From contig CAWJKZ010000016.1 in the NCBI GenBank assembly GCA_963843575.1, forward strand, positions 58,428-122,427: a DNA stretch of 64,000 bases, given 5' to 3'. Below, piece after piece: positions 62,861 to 64,000 of the stretch. Numbering within the stretch: position 1 is the stretch's first letter; every line of letters starts with the position of its first letter. A program made the translations under genes and the position numbers. The DNA is from an uncultured Acidobacteriota bacterium. GTDB taxonomy: Bacteria > Acidobacteriota > UBA6911. The notes under the pieces are model-generated. The model did no database searches and was not told the origin of the DNA. It saw nothing but the letters and a program-made list of their open reading frames with translations.

Positions 62861-63021
62861 ATCCGTGTTCATCTGCGTCTGGACCGGTCAAGGAAGACAC
62901 GAGCAGAAGCAGAACGCGGATTTCCGCGGATCTGACGGGTTCACGCGGATCGGCCGCGCCCGGAATGCCGGGCGCGGCCTCTCACCCATGCCATTGTCTT
63001 TGATCTGCGTTGATCCGCGTC
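62861..63021. repeat. Low-complexity inverted repeat (ACGCGGAT / ATCCGCGT units)
   Basis: atccgtgttcatctgcgt, aacgcggatttccgcggat...cacgcggat, gatctgcgttgatccgcgt; relatives at 27229-27290 and 34220-34270. Confidence 0.65.
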
Positions 63022-63076
63022 CCAAAATAACACGTCATCATATTTGTGAAACGGACCGCTCATAGAGGGATCTGCC

Positions 63077-64000
63077 ATGCAAAAGATCAGGTTTGGCATC
63101 GTCGGCGCGGGTTTGTGGGGGCGGGCCCATGCCGAGGTTTACTCGACGCACCCGATGGCCGCGCTCGCAGCCGTGTGCGACACCGACGAGGAAAAGGCCC
63201 GCACGCTGGCCGCGAAATACGGCGCCCGGGCCGTGTATCGCGACTTTGAGGCGCTCATAGAGGATCCCGAGGTGGATGCGGTTGCGGTGGTGACGCCGGA
63301 TTTTGCGCACTGCGCTCCGATCCTGGCGGCAGCGCGGGCCCGCAAGGACGTGCTGGTCGAAAAGCCGCTCGCCACGACCGCCGAGGAACTCGATGCGATC
63401 GCGGACGCCGTCACCCGGTCCGGGATCCGGTGCATGGTCGATTTCCACAATCGCTGGTCGCCCCCGATCGTGGTGGCCCGCCAGAGCATCGCCGCGGATG
63501 AACTCGGCAGGCTCGTGTCGGCATACGTGCGCCTGAACGATACGATTTCCGTCCCCACCCGCATGCTCTCGTGGGCAGCCCGCAGCAGCATCCTCTGGTT
63601 CCTCGGCAGCCACACCGTCGACACCCTGCGGTTCCTCTCGAGCGACGAGGTGGAGCGCGTCTACGCGGTGGCACGCTCGGGCGTGCTCAACGCCAGGGGA
63701 ATCGAGGCGCCCGACATCTACCAGGCCATCCTCGAGTTCCGCTCGGGCATGATCGCAACCACCGAGAACAACTGGATCGTACCGGACACAAACCCGTCGG
63801 TGAACGATTTCAAAGTCAACCTCCTCGGCAGCAAGGGGATGATCAGCCTGGACCTCACCCACAGCCAGCTGATCGAGAAGTTCCTCGAACAGGGCGCGAA
63901 CCATCCCGATGTGCTCGTGGCCCCGTGCATTCACGGCAAGCGTCCGGGCTTCGCCTACGAGAGCATCAGGACTTTCGTCGATTGCGTCGCGCAGAACAAT
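63077..64000 (+). CDS. Gfo/Idh/MocA oxidoreductase, 3' truncated by window
   Basis: MQKIRFGIVGAGLWG, VVTPDFAH, VLVEKPLA, FHNRW read directly from the sequence. Confidence 0.9.
   Translation, partial: MQKIRFGIVGAGLWGRAHAEVYSTHPMAALAAVCDTDEEKARTLAAKYGARAVYRDFEALIEDPEVDAVAVVTPDFAHCAPILAAARARKDVLVEKPLATTAEELDAIADAVTRSGIRCMVDFHNRWSPPIVVARQSIAADELGRLVSAYVRLNDTISVPTRMLSWAARSSILWFLGSHTVDTLRFLSSDEVERVYAVARSGVLNARGIEAPDIYQAILEFRSGMIATTENNWIVPDTNPSVNDFKVNLLGSKGMISLDLTHSQLIEKFLEQGANHPDVLVAPCIHGKRPGFAYESIRTFVDCVAQNN

Overview
Bacterial genomic DNA, visibly GC-rich (roughly 70% by eye) over 1-34.9 kb, lower-GC and relic-rich over about 34.9-55.5 kb, and GC-rich again after that. Gene content suggests an Acidobacteriota-like organism (inference): many Tat-signal enzymes, an ADOP-type permease relic and a Ser/Thr kinase relic. 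Many conserved genes are split by single-base indels, most likely long-read assembly errors. The backbone carries an AmmeMemoRadiSam cluster with export signals, an AttEFGH-like ABC/lipocalin module, aspA, an Nfu protein, an alaC-like aminotransferase, a glycosylation module, HU and a GH2 hydrolase. The accessory island has two paralogous multi-PAS hybrid histidine kinases with different internal PAS modules. They share upstream and downstream non-coding motifs and flank a tyrosine recombinase. The island also holds an IS21 element, a perfect 33-bp inverted repeat pair 15.9 kb apart, and a PIG-L deacetylase/PLP decarboxylase fusion. Intergenic regions contain several families of short repeats, including an apparent MITE that sits exactly at the 4-nt loop of a REP hairpin and carries a second REP-type doublet. 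No rRNA, tRNA or CRISPR array was seen.
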